Shown here one piece after another: positions 44,892 through 60,299 of a DNA stretch of 64,000 nucleotides. Source of the stretch: the human T2T-CHM13v2.0 reference genome, Homo sapiens; the NCBI RefSeq assembly GCF_009914755.1, contig NC_060925.1; one strand, given 5' to 3'. Below the pieces are notes generated by a model. The model had not been told where the DNA came from. It made no database searches and saw nothing but the letters and a program-made list of their open reading frames with translations. Position 1 is the stretch's first letter. Every line of letters starts with the position of its first letter. The translations under genes were made by a program, and so were the position numbers.

Positions 44892-45567
44892 AGGTTATCT
44901 AATTTGTTGGAATACAATTGTTCATAGTATTCCCTTATAATCCTTTCTGTTTCTCTAAGTTCAATGCAATGTCCCCTCTTTCATCTCTGATTTTAATAAT
45001 TGAGTTTTCTGTATTTTTTTCTTGGTCAGTGTAGCTAAAGTTTTGTCAATTTTTTGACCTTTTTGAAGAACTAACTTTTGGGTTTGTTGATTTTTTTTTT
45101 CTACTTTTTTTCCTCCCCCATTTCATTTATTTCTATTCACCTTTATTACTTTCTTTCTTTGGCTTGCTTTGGATTTAATTTGCTCTTCTTTTCTAATTTC
45201 TTAAAGTGGAAGGTTGGGTCATTGATTTGAGATCCTTTTTACCTTTTAATATAGGCATTTACAGCTATAATTTTCCCCTGTAAACACTGTTTTTGTTGCA
45301 TCCCATAAGATTTGGTATGATGTGTTTTGTTTTCATTCATATCAAAGACTACTAATATCTCTTATTTCTTCTTTGACCTATCGCTTGTCTAATTTCTACA
45401 TATTTGTGAATTTCCCAAATTTTCTTCTGTTGTTGGTTTCTACTTCCATTGTGGTTAGAGGACATACTTTGTATGATTTCAGTCCTCTTAAAATTAGAGA
45501 GTTGTTTTCTGGACTAATACAGGGTCCATCATGTGAAATATTCATGCACATTTGAAAAGAATGTGTA

Positions 45568-45873
45568 GGCCAGGTATGGTGGCTCACGCCTGTAATCCCA
45601 GCACTTTGGGAGGCTGAGGCGGGTGAATCATGAGGTCAGGAGTTCGAGACCAGCTTAGCCAACATGGTGAAACACTGTCTCTACTAAAAATACAAAAGAT
45701 TAGCTGGGCATGGTGACGGGTGCCTGTAATCCCAGCTACTCAGGAGGCTGAGGCAGAAAAATCACTTGAACTCAGGAGGCAGAGATTGCAGTGAGCCGAG
45801 ATCGGGCCACTGCACTCCAGCCTGGGCAACAGAGCAAGACCCTGTCTTGGAAAAAAAAAGAAAAAAAAGAAAA
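45568..45873 (+). mobile_element. Alu (AluSg-like)
   Basis: Full dimer, aaa(g)gatgtgta-type TSD. Confidence 0.93.
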
Positions 45874-46902
45874 GGATGTGTATTTTGCTGGTGTTGTGTG
45901 GAGTTTTCTATATCCATAGAAACTGTTACGTCTAGTTGGCTTATAGTGTTATTCAAATCTTCTGTTTCCTTGTGGATCTTCTACTTAGTTTTTATATTCA
46001 TCATTGAAAGTGGGATATTGAAATCTTCAACTGCTATTGTTGAATTGTTTAACTTTTCAGTTTTGTCATTTTTTTCTTCATATATTTTGGAACTGTTGAG
46101 AGGTGCATATATATTTGAAATTTTTTTTGATAGACTGACTCTTTTATCATTATAAAATTTCCTTTTTTTTTCTCTAGGAAAATGTTGTTATATATTAGCA
46201 TAATATAGTATAATTTATTTGTATTTTTTCTCAGATATTAGTATTTCTATTCCAGTTCTCTTTTGGTTATTGTTTATATGGTGTATCTTTTTCCCTTCTT
46301 TTGCTTTCAGACTGTTTCTGTCTTTGAATCTACATTTTGTCCCTTACAAAGAACATATAGTTCTATGATTTTTAAAATCCATTCTGCCAATATCTGTCTT
46401 TTAATTGGAGTGTTTCAGTGTTAATCTTGAGGATCCTATGTATATGATGAGTTACTTTTTTTTGCTGTTTTTAAGATTCTTTGTCTATGGCTTTTGACAG
46501 TTTGATTTTGAAGTGTCTAGGTGTGGATATTTTGAATTTATTCCACTTGGAGTTTGTTGAGCTTCGTGGATGTGTAAATTCATGTTTTTAATCAAATCTG
46601 TTAAGTATTGAGCCCTTATGTCTTCAAGTACTTTTTTTCCCCCTTTCTTTTTCTTGCTTCTTTCTGGTACTTCAGTTATGCCTATTAACACTTGATGGTG
46701 TCCCACACAAGTCTTTGAGGCTCTGTTCATTTTCCTTCATTCTTTTTCTTTCTGAGATTGGATAACCACAATTGGCCTATCTTCAAGTTTCCCAATTCTC
46801 TCTTCTTCCTGCTCACACCTTTCCTGGTGTTCCTCTTGTGAATTTTTCATGTTAATGCCAGAATTTCTATTTGATTTTTAAAAATAAATTATATCTCTCT
46901 CC

Positions 46903-47389
46903 TTTTTTTTTTTTTTTTGAGATGGAGTCTCGCTCTGTCACCCAGGCTGGAGTGCAGTGGTGTGATCTTGGCTCACTGCAACCTCCAACTCCCGGGTTCA
47001 AGCATTCTCCTGCCTCAATCTCCCGAGTAGCTGGGATTACAGGTGCGTGCTACCATACCTGGAAATTTTTGTATTTTTTTAGTAGAGACGGGGTCTCACC
47101 ATGTTGGTAAGGCTGGTCTCGAACTCTTGACCTTGTGATCCGCCTGCCTTGGCCTCCCAAAGTGCTGGGATTACAGGCATGAGCCACTGTGCCCGGCCAA
47201 ATTATATCTCTTTATTAATATTTTCTATCTGGTGCGACATTTCTCTTTATTTTTATTTTTTTTCTTTTGTAATAGAGATGTAGTCTTGCCATGTTGCCCA
47301 GGCTGGTCTCAAACTCCTGAGCTGGCAATCCTCCCACCTCCAGCTCCCAAAGTGCTGGTATTACAGATGTGAGCCACCATACCCAGCTG
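46903..47389 (-). mobile_element. Alu (46903-47198) and Alu monomer (47245-47389)
   Basis: Antisense Alu sequence; aaattatatctct TSD on the first. Confidence 0.92.
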
Positions 47390-47419
47390 AGACATAATTC
47401 TCACACTCTGCTTTAGTTC

Positions 47420-48164
<745 letters not shown>

Positions 48165-48243
48165 AAGTTCTTTAGAGATGGTTTCCTTCAGTTTTTTTAG
48201 ACATGGTTTTCAAATATATATTTGAATATATTTAAAATAACTG

Positions 48244-48523
48244 GGCCAGGCACAGTGGCTCATGCCTGTAATCCCCAGCACTTTGGGAGGCCAAGGCAGG
48301 AGGATCACCTGAGGTCAGGAGTGAGACCAGCCTGGCCAACATGGTGAAACCCTGTCTCTACTAAACATACAAAAATTAGCTGGGCACGGTGGCGGGCGCT
48401 TATAATCCCATCTGCTCAGAAGCTGAGGCACAAGAATTGCTTGAACCCAAAACACAGAGGCTGCAGTGAGCCTCTGCCTCCCAAAGTGCTAGGATTACAG
48501 GCATGAGCCATCACGCCTGGCCC
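48244..48523. mobile_element. Sense Alu fused to the 5' end of an antisense Alu
   Basis: ...ctgcagtgagcc|tctgcctcccaaagtgct...cctggccc. Confidence 0.9.
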
Positions 48524-49006
48524 AAACTAGACATTTTAAATAATATAATGTGGCAACTCTGGAAATCAGATTCTCCACCCTCCCCAGGTTTGTTTTGATG
48601 GTGCTGTTGTTTTAGTTCGTTTGTTTATTGACTCTTCTGAACTCTGTTTTCTTTGTCAGGTGAGGCCACTGAAGTCCCTGCTCAGTTAGTTTAATGGTCA
48701 GCTGATGATGAACAGAGATTTTTCTTAAACAACTGGAGCCAGTAAGTCTCCCAGTCTTTGCCAAGGGCTTCGTGTGAGTGTCGGGGCGTGCCTTCAACAC
48801 TAAGCCAGGCAGTCAGCAACTCTGCCTTGGTGTTGTCTTTCTGTTTTTCAGAAAGGTTGAAAAATGTGGCCTTTATTTAGGAGACCATGTGTACAACTAA
48901 AAATGAAGGGTTTTTTTTTTAACCAAGGAATGAGGGAAACTAGCTATCTCTGCCGCCTTCATTTTACAGGTGAAGAAACTGAGGTTTAGAGAAGTTCGGT
49001 AATTTA

Positions 49007-49417
<411 letters not shown>

Positions 49418-50739
49418 TCAGAGAAGTTAAAGAACTCTGAGGTCATGTAGCTGGCTAGTGCAGATCTGTCTGGCCCCAGAGCTTATCCTTTCCCCCTTAG
49501 TTGCCCCAAATCTATCTTACCCTGGTGGGCCACCAGGAGGAGTGACAAAAAATAGACCTGAATGTTTAAGCTGAAAACACCTGGAAGAGGCCAATTAAGA
49601 TACCTAAATAAAGTGCCCTTTAAACAACCAGGACAACAATAAATATCTGAAGGTCAGCAAATGAATCAAAATGCTAGATAATCAGAAAGAGCTATTAAGG
49701 AACAAACACTGTAGAACTTGCTTGTATACTGGAGCAGGATTAAGGAACTGGTTAGGTCAAGGCTGTGAATTGCCATTAAGAAATCAGTATTAAAAGTTGC
49801 TGTCTTGATTGGGACTCTAAGTACCTTCTGTTTTGTTTTTCCCACTAATTTCCCAGACTCCCAGGCCCTTCCAACCAGTCAGTAGGTTAGTATTAATCCC
49901 TTTAACCCCCATACATCCCTGGGGTGGGGTTAGGCCCAGTTAAACCCAGGCCTCAAGGTTCCATTGAACCCACCCAAGGTCTGTGGGAAGAGACCCCAGT
50001 GCCTGTCTTGACTCACCCATTTCTTTTCTTTGTCAGCTCTTGTTTTTCTTCACCTTGGATTATCCTGAAGCTCAGTTAATTGAGTCCTGAATAAGTAAGG
50101 GCATGTTGTAATTCCAAATTCAAGACAAGTTTTCTATTTAACCAGAGGTCCTTTTCATGTTACTCACAGAGGAGACACTCAAGACGGGGTATCAATGGAA
50201 TTGCAGTTTGATAACTAAACAGAAGCACACTTGAAACTCTGGTGACTAATACAGCCCCATTCACACCTACCGAAAGACAATCCCCTGCTCTATCTGTGGT
50301 TTGAATCGATCACAAAAAACACAGATTTGCTTCCAGCAGCTAAAGTAATTTTAGTTTTATCAAATAGTGTATGTTTGGGTTTCTAGAGTTAAAAAAAAAC
50401 TCATGCTTGGACCTTGGGCACCCATTGGAAGCTGCCTATCTGTTCCCACCCTTGCTGCTAGGACTCTCCTCACTGCTGTTAGCACACAGTGGGTTTCTAC
50501 TGCTAAGAACTCCCTCCTCAACCCTGCCCTGGCACCCTAAAAATGACCTGTGCTGATACCTTCTCTCCCCTGCTCCCCATACACCCACAGGTGCAGGAAC
50601 AGCTCCAGCTCTGGCTTTGTCCCGCGCTTTGAGCTTTTTTCAGGCTTCACCACTGCTCTTTCTTTGGCTTCATACTTGGGTTCTTTTTCTGTACAGGGTT
50701 AACAACTATATCATGAGAATATTAGTTAGATTCCATTTA

Positions 50740-50944
50740 ACTTTTTACAATTTAATTAAATAGAGGTAATTATAGATTCACATCGGGTTGTAAGAAATAA
50801 TACAGAGAGATACAATGTGTCTTTTATCCACAGTTTCCTTCCAATGGTAACATCTTACAAAACTCTAGTATGTGCAATATTACAACTAGGAAATTGATGG
50901 TACAATCCATAGATCTTGATCAGATTTCCCTCCTGTCTTACATT

Positions 50945-50975
<31 letters not shown>

Positions 50976-51620
50976 CACGTGCACGTGTATTTAATTCTAT
51001 GCCATTTTATCACATGTGGAGGTTTGTATATCAATCACCATCTCTTATGTTGCCTTTTTGTAACATAATCTATTTCCCTCTCCTTCCATCCTCCACCCCC
51101 TGGCCCTAACCCCTGCCAATCACTAAACTATACTCTCTCACACTAATTTTATGGTTTCAAGAACGTTATATAAATAAAATCATAACATACGTAATTCTTT
51201 GGGATTGGCTTTTTCACTTGAAATCCATCCAAGTTTTGTGTGTATCCATGGTTTGCTCCCTTTTTATTGCTGGGTAGTAGTCCAAGGTCTAGATGCACCA
51301 CAGTTTGTTTAACCATTTGCCCACTGAGACATCTGGGTTGTTTCCAGGGCCTATTATAAATAATGCTGCTGTGGACATTTGTATATAGGGTTTTGTGTGA
51401 ACATAAAATATGTTTTTATGTTTCTGGGATAAGTACCCAAGAGTGAAATTGCTGGGTTTTGTGGTAATTGCATGTTTAGTTTTATAAGAAACTTCCAAAA
51501 TGTTCTCTAGAGTGGCTATACCCACCAGCAATGTATGAGTGATTCAGTTTTTCTACATCCTTATCAGCAATTGATATGGTCACTATTTTAAATTTTAACC
51601 ATTCTGATAGGTGTGTAGTA
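50740..51620 (-). mobile_element. Old L1M 3' fragment containing (TG)n at 50950-50974
   Basis: tagattcaca...gtaagaaataatacagaga; ttgctgggtagtagtcca; ccattctgataggtgtgtag. Confidence 0.85.
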
Positions 51621-52037
51621 AAATTTCACTGAAGTTATTTCGTTTTAAAAAACAATTTGTACTTTTCAACTTTTGTTACTAAATATTTGTGCAGCTTTTA
51701 TATTTTTATTTTTCAGAAACATTTTAATTACTGAATAGCTGTGTAACATGTTAGAAAAATCCAAGTAATATTTCACATAATTCCATTTCACTTGCCTGTC
51801 CATACTTTTTCAGTATGCCAAGAATTCTATGCCTACTTTTGACACATAACTTGATGTCAAGTTTCACTTGATGAAACCTTTTTGATAATTGTCAACTCAA
51901 AAGTTAACATGACATATACTTCATGAAAATGGAGTTAATTGGCTATTCTGAGCCTTTTATAAAGAGAATTGCTTCATCCACATACCAATTAAGTTTCTAT
52001 ATTTATAAAATATTTTTCTAATCAAAAAATTAATTGA

Positions 52038-52373
<336 letters not shown>

Positions 52374-53649
52374 AACCTGGCTGTTTCTTTTCCAGCCCTT
52401 CCAGAATGAGAATTCATGTAGGCCATCTGCCCCACTCTGATCTGCAAGCTGCCTCCCTGATTCCTTGACTCCCTGCAACCCACATCCCCTCCTGTCTTCA
52501 GGACATCATACTCGCACCTGGGGGAAAAGGGGAAGTAAAAAGGGAGGCTCAGTGCCCCTGGGTCTGCTTTGTCTGTGAGAGAAATCTGAAATTGTTGGCA
52601 GAAAACTAACATGTCTTCTTAGAAAAAAGTAGAGCCCCAGTTGCCTGGATACAGTCAGGAATACATATCACTGGATCTGTGGGTGACCTGTAGTTACTTT
52701 GTCCCTATTTGAGTTTCCTGAATGTTAAGAGGAAAATGGAGCAGAGCTAACAAATACCTCATACCTGCTTGGGCTTTCTCCGTCAGTCCTCTGTGTGTGC
52801 ATCACACACCCACACATATGCAAAATAGCTCAGTGTAAAAACCCTGCAGTAAACATCAATCCTTGTAGATTCCCGGGGAGTTCTAGTTGGATTTGCTAGC
52901 AAAGCAACTTCCATAAAGACTATAAATAGCAGGCATGTGCCTCTGTAAGCAGTGCAGCTATTTTTTTTTAAATAGGGGATTCTCATGTTACAAGGACATC
53001 ACAGATTACTGAATAATTTATTTAATGGTAGATTATATGGGCTTCACTCTTTGCCAGTGAGCTCATACCCAAATGTCTAAAGGAGATAAGGTGAGCAAAA
53101 GCTAGATGTCAGGCTTGGGTGAGCTGTTTATTTATTTTTATTAGATATGTATAACTATTGTAGCCATTTATATTTTACTTAATATTATCTCAGCTGCAAA
53201 GGTCATATATACAATAGTGTCACTACTTTATTACAGACATTTAGCTAACTTCTAACAATTCATATCGCACACAGCATGAGAAATACAGAATAGAATAATA
53301 AATAACTTTGGTTGCACTTTATTTTAACAAAGGACTGTGATATATAGGAGTATGTTTGTTCTCTATGAAAGTATAGGGAAATGAGGGGACAAAATTCAAA
53401 AAAAGGATGTTAGATTTGAAAATAGAGATAAGAAAAAATGATCTAAATCCATGTTTTTCTGTGAACTATTGTTATAATCTTTTCAATGACTTATAGTAAA
53501 AAAAAATTGCTTATAAGCTTACAGATCTTAGACATTTTACCTTTAGCTATATACAGTTCTCAGGTGTGCAGAGGTACCCTGGAAGACGGACATACTTTTC
53601 TGTCAAATGTAATTTTAATGAATATGAAATTTATTTAAAAAGGAAATTT

Positions 53650-54780
53650 AAATTTGGCAATAGCAAGATGTCAAAAGATTTGAACAGGCACATAACAGGA
53701 AATTCATGTGGCCAATTAACATAGTAAAAGATTCTTGGTTTTGTTTAATAATCAGGGAAATGCAAATTAAACTCACAGTGAAATGTTACTCACTACACAG
53801 CCACCTGATCAGTTGAAGTTTTAAAGTTTGACAATAACAAGTGCTGTTGAGGATGGAATATAGTGAGAACCGCTGCTGTTGGAAGTTTGTTTTTATTTAT
53901 TTTTTGAGTCAGGGTCTTGCTCTGTCACCCACGCTGGAGTGCGGTGGCGCGATCATGGCTCACTGCAGCCTCCACCTTCCAAGTAGCTGGGACTACAGGA
54001 GTGGACCACCATACCCAGCTATTTTTTTTTCTTTTTTTTGTAGACATGGGGTCCCACTGTATTGTTCAAGCTGGCCTTGAATTCCTGGGCTCAAGCGATC
54101 CTCCCACCTCAGCCTCCCAAAGTGCTGAGATTACAGGTGTGATCACCGCACCCAGTCTGCTTTTGGGAGTTTAAATTGAAGCAAAGTTTTGGCAAATAGT
54201 TGCCATTCTCTACTAAGGTTAAAGATTCACACATCCTGTTCACAAGTGGAGAAATTCTGATGTGGGAAAATGCCATCAAGGCAGGTGTACATGCATATGC
54301 TGTGGACCAGGATGTATACAAGAATGTGTAGAGAAGCAGTGTTTGTAATAGCCCCAAGCTGGAACCAAACCAAATGCTGGCCTGTCATAGAAAGCATAAG
54401 AATTAGAGCCACTTAACAACAGCATGGTTGGAGTTAATAAATATAATGTTGAAGAAAAGAAGCAAGACACAAATACTCAGAGTCAGGGTCCATTGATATA
54501 AAGCTTATAAACGGGCAAAGCTAAACTACATTGTTTAGGGATGCATATAGAGATAGTAAAACTCTAAAGAAAAGCAAGGAAATTGTTATAATAAAAGTGA
54601 GGATGGTGGTTACTTTTAGAGGAGAAAAAGAATTGTGACCGAGCTTACTCTGAGACTTCTGCACTCTGGAAATGTTCTATTTCTTGACCTGGCTGTGGTT
54701 TCATGGGTTTTTACTTCATCATCATTCACTGAACTGGATCTTTACTTCCATAGTTTGTGGATGTACGTTATGTTTCACGC
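53650..54780 (+). mobile_element. Old L1ME-like fragment interrupted by AluJ (-, 53892-54156)
   Basis: aatcagggaaatgcaaattaaa, tttgtaatagcccca, aatgttctatttcttgacctgg. Confidence 0.8.
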
Positions 54781-55931
54781 ACACATACATACACACACAT
54801 GATGCTTTCTAGTCATACTACTAAATACTGAAAGATCAAAATCTAGAAAAAGAAACTCCCTAGTTCAATTTAGTACCTTTAAAAAATGAACTTTAAGTAT
54901 TCAGTTCAGTTGAATGAACATTCAAAACAACAAGCCGAATCTATGCACCATTGTGCCTCAGAATTCTACAGTGTTGTGCTGGAAGGACAGCCAGAGGAAA
55001 GGAAGGAGCATCAGCTCCCAGGCAAGGGCTGCTTCCCAGCCAGCTCTGCTCCTCCACATCTCTTTCCCCAGGCAATTCTCTAGGCTTGGTTTCTCATCTG
55101 TAGAGGCCCAGACTGGATCTGCTCCTCTGAGAGTCTCCTAATATATTACTAAGAGTCATCTGTTGGAAGTTTGTCATTTTTAAAATATAAAATTCTTTTC
55201 ATTTGGACAAGAATCTAAAGAATATAAGCATATTTGGGGTCCTCCCTATGTCCACGTTTGAGTGTACAGTGCCAGCCTTGCTCAGTGTTCACAATCACAA
55301 TGCAACCTAGATGCGCTATTTTAATTGCCAGTTGTCAACTGTTAATTGCCAATCAGAAGAAAACGCAAGTGGCCTTAGTAGAGTATGTACTTGCCAAGTG
55401 AGCTCACAGAAGGCCCACAACCAGAGTTTCCATAGGAGTTTGAAGAGACGATGCCACGTGAGATTTAAGTCATGAGACAATGCAGGTGTAAGGCGTGCCC
55501 AGCTCAGAGAACCGACTCGGTGCTTGAGTTACCAAGCAAGGGGCAATTTGACTCCACAAAATCACACTATCTGTCTCATTCAATTAATGTTACCTTGAGT
55601 TTTATTGGTTTTATATTTGATTTGTCAAATCATGAACTTATTTTGATTTTATAGTTGTAGAAAACTTACAAGGGTTGTATACCCAATTTTATGTTTGTGT
55701 ACATCCAACTAACAATCTTTATAAAAGTGGTTTATGTTAACACTGGAAATCATCCTTTTTTTTTTTTTCTTGAGAAAGCAGTGCACATCACTCAAATTTC
55801 AGCCATGCTGAATTCTGTGACCTACAGACACTTCTGGGGTTTGTTTCTATTTTAGGGAGTTGAGCCCTTTCCAAAGCAGGCGGCCGGGGGCATCCCTGGT
55901 GCTGCCTGGGACTCCATCCTCTTTAATCTGT

Positions 55932-56097
55932 GGCAGTGACTCTCAGCTACAGGTGATACTGCCCACAGGGAGATTTTGGGCAGCATCAGGAGACACTGTC
56001 AATGGTCACAAGCAGAGGAAGTGCATAGTCACAGAGGCCAGGGTGCTGCTAAACATCCTGCAATGCATAGGACAGCCCCCCAGAACAAAGAGCTAAC
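55932..56097 (+). mobile_element. MER20 (hAT-Charlie)
   Basis: agaggccagggtgctgctaaacatcctgcaatgcataggacagcccc. Confidence 0.8.
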
Positions 56098-59000
56098 CAG
56101 GGAACAGAACCCCCGATTCTGTTCTCCCACTTCGACTTCCCTAAGAAGAAAATCTCCTCTATGTCAGTTCCCAGTTAATCAGGGAAAGGCAGCAGTTTTC
56201 TTTTACAACTTACCTTTCTCAACACTTGTTTCCTTTAACACAGCAGAATCAGACAAAAGCAAAAATAATCCCTCAGGTGTGAAAAGGTTCATTGCCTGAC
56301 TGGCTTGATTGAAGAGTGGAGGGTGGGGCGGATGTCAGCTATTATTTTTTTGAGGCAACCTTATTCCTGGTCCACCGTCTACACAGAGCGACTCTTCTAT
56401 CCTGGCGCCTGATGTCTGTAGCTGGTCTCTGGAGGGGATGTGCTGCAAAGTGATTCCCAGGGGAGCCAACATCTCCTCCAGAATAAATTATTGAAAACAA
56501 TACTTAACAGGAAATGTTCATGAGAGCTTCAGACAGACTGAAGTGGTTTCAGATCATCTGAGAGGGCTGACCTAAGGGCCCGCATAGCTGTGGCTGTCTA
56601 CCTGCCTGCCAGGGCTGCTGGGGAACCCTTTGCTATCTATCCCCGTGGCTCATGGGACTGTGGAGTATGTGATTCTTGTATTTGTTCATACAGATTGCGC
56701 TGCTTGTGCCTGGGTCCTGTCTTCTCTTCTCCATCAGATATTTAACTCCTCGAGTCCTCGAGAAGAGAGGCTTCTGTGTCATTTGTTGTCACTGTGTGCC
56801 ATCCAGTGCACTCAGCAAGGTGGCCAGCTCTGTAGGGAACCGGTCATCACTGTCAATGAACTAGGAAAAACCACCATGTAAAAAAAAATAGCCCAGGGAG
56901 GATTACGGGCAATGATTTCCTAGACACTTCCCCGTCACAGGCTTCAGCCTTCCTCGCTGTGATTCTAGTGACCAGAATCCAGTCACAGCCAGCCTCTGTC
57001 TCTGATTTGGAAGCATTAGAATCTATAGCTTTCTACCAACAAGAGAACAGCCCTTAAGCTCCAGGACCAAAAAAAGGAATGCGCTCTTCCTCACTGACTG
57101 GGTGGCTGCCCAAGGTGAAGATGGGATAGGGGGTCTGATCTCTCCCTACTCCATCCTCCCCTCTCACCCCACTAGTACAAGGTCTCAGAGACCACTAAAG
57201 ACTTCACCTGCCCCTGACACCCACTGACACATGGCAATTTCTGACCCTAAGTGGATGCTTCACATCCTCTGACCACCACCATTCCCTCCCCATCCCTCCT
57301 CCTCAGGGCACATCCTGAACTCTTTATAAAAGAAAAAAGAGGGCACCATGCCTTTAGCACAACACAGATGCCCTGGAGTGTGGCAAACAGGGCCCTTGTT
57401 CCTGGCCTGGACCCTGGGGTGGCTCAGATCCCACTTCTGGGAGGAGGGGGCAGCTGGTGGAGGAAGAAACAAGACCTGAGGGGTGCAGGCATCCCCTCAG
57501 CACCAACAGCCTACACCTCCTCTCCCCGTGCCAGTCTCTGATCGACACCCTCCCCCTCCTCTGGTCTTTGAGGCCGCTCCCTCCTCCAGACTCCTGGGTC
57601 CTGCACACATGGGGAACTGGATGAGGTCCTAGGAGTGAGCCACGTGGCTCAAGGTAGCTCATCGGAATAGGAATTCAAACTGTGGCCAAAGAAGAGAGAA
57701 AAATGGGAGGCCAGAGAAGCAGAGCATCGGGTATGGGGATGAGGCTGGGCCACAAAAAGGAAGGCCCATCTAGGGGTCAGAGGCTGGCAGGGTGCCAAGC
57801 AGAGCAAGTGATGCTGTAGAAGACTGGTTAGGAGAAATGGTACAGGCGAAGTCCATGAGCAAACCAGATTGGGGTCTGCTAGTATGGAATCCTGGTGATG
57901 TCTTAGCTCTGGGATGGAGACAATCCTTCAAGTCCATCTTAGGTGTTAAATCGATGATGTTCAGACTTGGTTGGGGGAAGGGAAAGAGTAGTTGTGATTA
58001 CCCTAACCTTACCCAAATACAGCAATGGCCCGGGACCCAATTCAGGACTCAGAGGGCAAGCCAGACCCTGCCCTAGCCAAATAATGCAGCAAGCCCCTTG
58101 CTCAGTGGTGAGGAATAGCTAAATGTGGCCCCTACACCTGGGGTAAACCAGAGCCTAACTTTAGCTTCCTAGGAGCATATGCAAAATGTGCGGCCAGCTG
58201 CCCCTGCAGCCTCACCCAAGGCCACTTCTCTTTTACATGCTGCACCTGTGGGTATTTGCATGTTTGGCCAGCTCGCAAGCCAGTTCTGAGGCTGAGAACA
58301 TCCTAGTCTCTCAAACGGGATTCCTTGTTCCCTTGGGAACCAGCTCCTCCCTCCCCTCCCACCCTAGAGGCAAAGCCTTGCTTTCTGCATTTCTGCCCTG
58401 TGGGTGGGTGCCATGGAGGGGAGCAGCCTCGCAGAGGAGGCCTAAAGTTTTGAGCGGAGTAAAGGACAGCGACACCTTACTTGCGCCTTTGAGAAGGGAA
58501 ACAACCAGCTCAGGAGCCGCAGTCCAGTCTGGTCTGCCAGCTCCTGTTTCCCCCTCCTCTTGGCTGCTGGCCTTTTGTTCTTGTCATGGCTCATTAGCTC
58601 CCTAAACAGAGGTTGATTAAAGAAAATAAAAGGAGAAAAATAGGGAAATTAATTGCACTGGTGAAAGGTCTAATGGGGAAGGAAGTTAAAACCAATTGTC
58701 TTGAGATTTTAATTATCCCATCTGCTCTCTGGCCCCTTGATGGTGCATAACCAGAATGAAATGTTAATGTGGGCACTAAACATATTTTACACCCACTTCC
58801 CAGTGAGTTCTCTGGTCTCCTACTTGAAAGCTGGTGAGCCCAGGCATCAGGATGCGCCACTGGGACCTGTGTACTGGGTGATGCCAGGCAGATGGGAGGA
58901 CAGGAGGCCCTGCCTGTGAGGACTATGGAGTAGGGACTATGGAGCAGTGTGTGTGATGCTTCCTTGGCACGATGGAAAGATACAGGGTTGGGTTGCAGGA

Positions 59001-59487
59001 ATGAAGAGAATAGGAGAGAAAAAGAAGCCTCTCTTTCTATGTCACTCCCTGGAAGAACTCAGAGTCCTGATGTCTGGTCTTAGAAGGACTGGTACATTTT
59101 GGAGGAATATCAAGAAACAGATATGAGCAGTGGGAAGAGGCCAAACAGTAAAGCCCCAAGTGCCCCTCTGGCAAGAGGAGCAGATTTTGCTGCCAGGAAA
59201 TCAGAGCTAGAGTTCCCTGCTAGTGGCCTCTCTCCTTTCACCTCATTTATTCTTCCTCTTCACTGGACGATGCCACTCAAAAGAAAATGCAAAGATGGGC
59301 TGCACAGTTCCAGCAAGAGTCTCCATGGCTCCACTAAAGTCAGATGGACTCTGAACCTATAGGAAACATCCAAACAGATGGGAAAAGAAGAAGTAAATCC
59401 CTTCTGAGTAAGCAGCCACTAAATTAAGCTCTATTAGTCTGTAGGATATGTGGCAGATTGGTTGCCCCCATTTGAAGTCCAATTCCT

Positions 59488-59631
59488 GGCCGGGCACAGT
59501 GGTTCACACCTGTAATCCCAGCACTTTGGGAGGCTGAGGCAGGAGGATAACTTGAGGCCAAGAGTTCAAAACCAGCCTGGTCAACTGGTCAACAGAGCAA
59601 GACCCCTTTCTCAATCAATCAATCAATCAAA
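59488..59631 (+). mobile_element. Alu monomer (FLAM-like) with (TCAA)n tail
   Basis: TSD tgaagtccaattcct. Confidence 0.9.
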
Positions 59632-59932
59632 TGAAGTCCAATTCCTGCTCTGCCCACAGTGGGTCATTGAAACCACTGGCCCTTCAGGTGAGCCCACTGG
59701 TTCTCTCTTAAGGTGGGGACTATTGATGTCACAGGCCTGAAGCCATTCTACTAGTAGATATCACAATAACACCAATTGAGATCCTAACCCAGAAATCAAA
59801 GTCTATCCCATTTAACACAATACCTACACCCACATGCCTTTGGTATATAGGTGGTAACTATATATAGCTGGGAACGTGGAGATACAACTTATGCCACTTT
59901 CGTCAGTTTCCCACTCTTAGTGTTGTGCAATA

Positions 59933-60299
59933 CAGTAGTCTCCCCTTATTTAAGTAGTCTTCACTTTATTCAAAGGGGGACTACTGTATTGTATGACATC
60001 CAAGATCCCCAGTAGATGCCTGAAACCTTGGGTAGTATCAAACCCTATATATACTGTTTCTCCCTATATATGCCTGTGATAAAGTTTAATTTACAAATTA
60101 GACACAGTAAGAGATTAACAACAATAACTGATAATAAAATAGAACAATTATAATGCTATGCTGTAATGAGTCACATGAATGGGGGCTCTTTCTGTCTCAA
60201 AACATCTAATTGTATCATATTCACCTATTTTCAGACCATGGTTGACCGTGGGTAACTGAAACCATAGAAAGTGCAACTGAGGCTAAGAGGGGACTACTA
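59933..60299 (-). mobile_element. MER44A-like (Tigger7) DNA element
   Basis: TIRs cagtagtctcccctta / taagaggggactacta with TA flanks; ggttgaccgtgggtaactgaaacc. Confidence 0.85.

Noticed and set aside
58920-58947. 14-bp tandem duplication GGACTATGGAG(T/C)AG
   Set aside because: Ordinary micro-duplication
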